Origin: a virus
Reading direction: 5' to 3' (one strand)
DNA length: 64,000 nt
IMG/VR virus record: IMGVR_UViG_3300050821_005814
Span: 32,001 to 96,000 of that record
A program made the position numbers and the translations under genes. The first letter of the stretch is position 1, and each line of letters begins with the position of its first letter. Shown piece after piece: positions 63,560 through 64,000 of the stretch. The notes under the pieces are model-generated. The model was not told the DNA's origin, searched no databases, and saw only the letters and a program-made list of their open reading frames with translations.

Positions 63560-64000
63560 ATGGTACGCATACTATCGGTTGACTGGGACTTCTTCGTCGA
63601 GGAAGACCCCATGCTTGACTATGGGCATCGCGAAGTAAGCCTGTTCCTCGAGATGATCTGGCATACGCGTCGCCAAGGGTACCTATGGGACCCAGCGACG
63701 CAAACGGCCGAACCCATTCGACGTGACCTGACAAAGCTCCTGCCGTTCCGCGGCGACCCAGCGTTTCTGCAAGTGGCAGCTATGCGCTGGCACAACTACG
63801 ACGTTGCGGTCGCTGAGTCACACCTGACAATCTTACAGATGATTGGGCAGCGGACCGATCTCGAGATCATCAACGTCGACGCGCATCACGACATTCACTA
63901 TGGTACCTTGCCCAAAGATGATGTCGTGCATTGCGGCAATTGGGGCGCTCACCTCATGCAGCAAAATCGCGTGCGCTCCTGGACGCAGATCTACCCGGAG
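63560..64000 (+). CDS. Arginase/ureohydrolase-fold (UPF0489-like) protein, partial
   Basis: Read manually: ILSVDWDFF...ESH...INVDAHHD...CGNW; runs off the right edge. Confidence 0.7.
   Translation, partial: MVRILSVDWDFFVEEDPMLDYGHREVSLFLEMIWHTRRQGYLWDPATQTAEPIRRDLTKLLPFRGDPAFLQVAAMRWHNYDVAVAESHLTILQMIGQRTDLEIINVDAHHDIHYGTLPKDDVVHCGNWGAHLMQQNRVRSWTQIYPE

Overview
The window is about 64 kb of a lytic-looking dsDNA tailed phage genome. A GcrA-like gene and a PEP-CTERM gene point to an alphaproteobacterial host. No integrase, tRNA or CRISPR array is visible. (1) 1-21.3 kb, minus strand, is the late head/packaging arm: DUF2184-type major capsid, cement protein, DUF2213 protease/scaffold, MuF, DUF1073 portal with a fused inorganic-pyrophosphatase-like domain, PBSX TerL, TerS, a NusG/RfaH-like antiterminator, a type IB topoisomerase inside the head genes, and many small inserted genes. 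(2) 22.3-57 kb, plus strand, covers replication and nucleotide metabolism: primase, UDG-fused family A polymerase, beta clamp, clamp loader, SSB, RecA, NrdJ, ThyX, SbcCD, DnaB and a SNF2 helicase. It also carries a dispersed 7-deazaguanine DNA-modification pathway (folE, queD, queE, queC, dpdA) with a pyrF-like gene between folE and dpdA. (3) 58-64 kb, plus strand, is an early/host-takeover region. Nearly every gene there is preceded by a covarying two-hairpin element plus the invariant leader CAATGGGAGAAC (9 full copies, 1 partial). This is the strongest candidate for an undescribed system, probably an RNA processing and stabilising cassette. Several 90-550 nt ORF-free, heavily base-paired tracts (candidate ncRNAs or leaders) and a recurring GGGTATATTG promoter motif are also present. 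All product calls come from motif recognition by eye; no database search was run.
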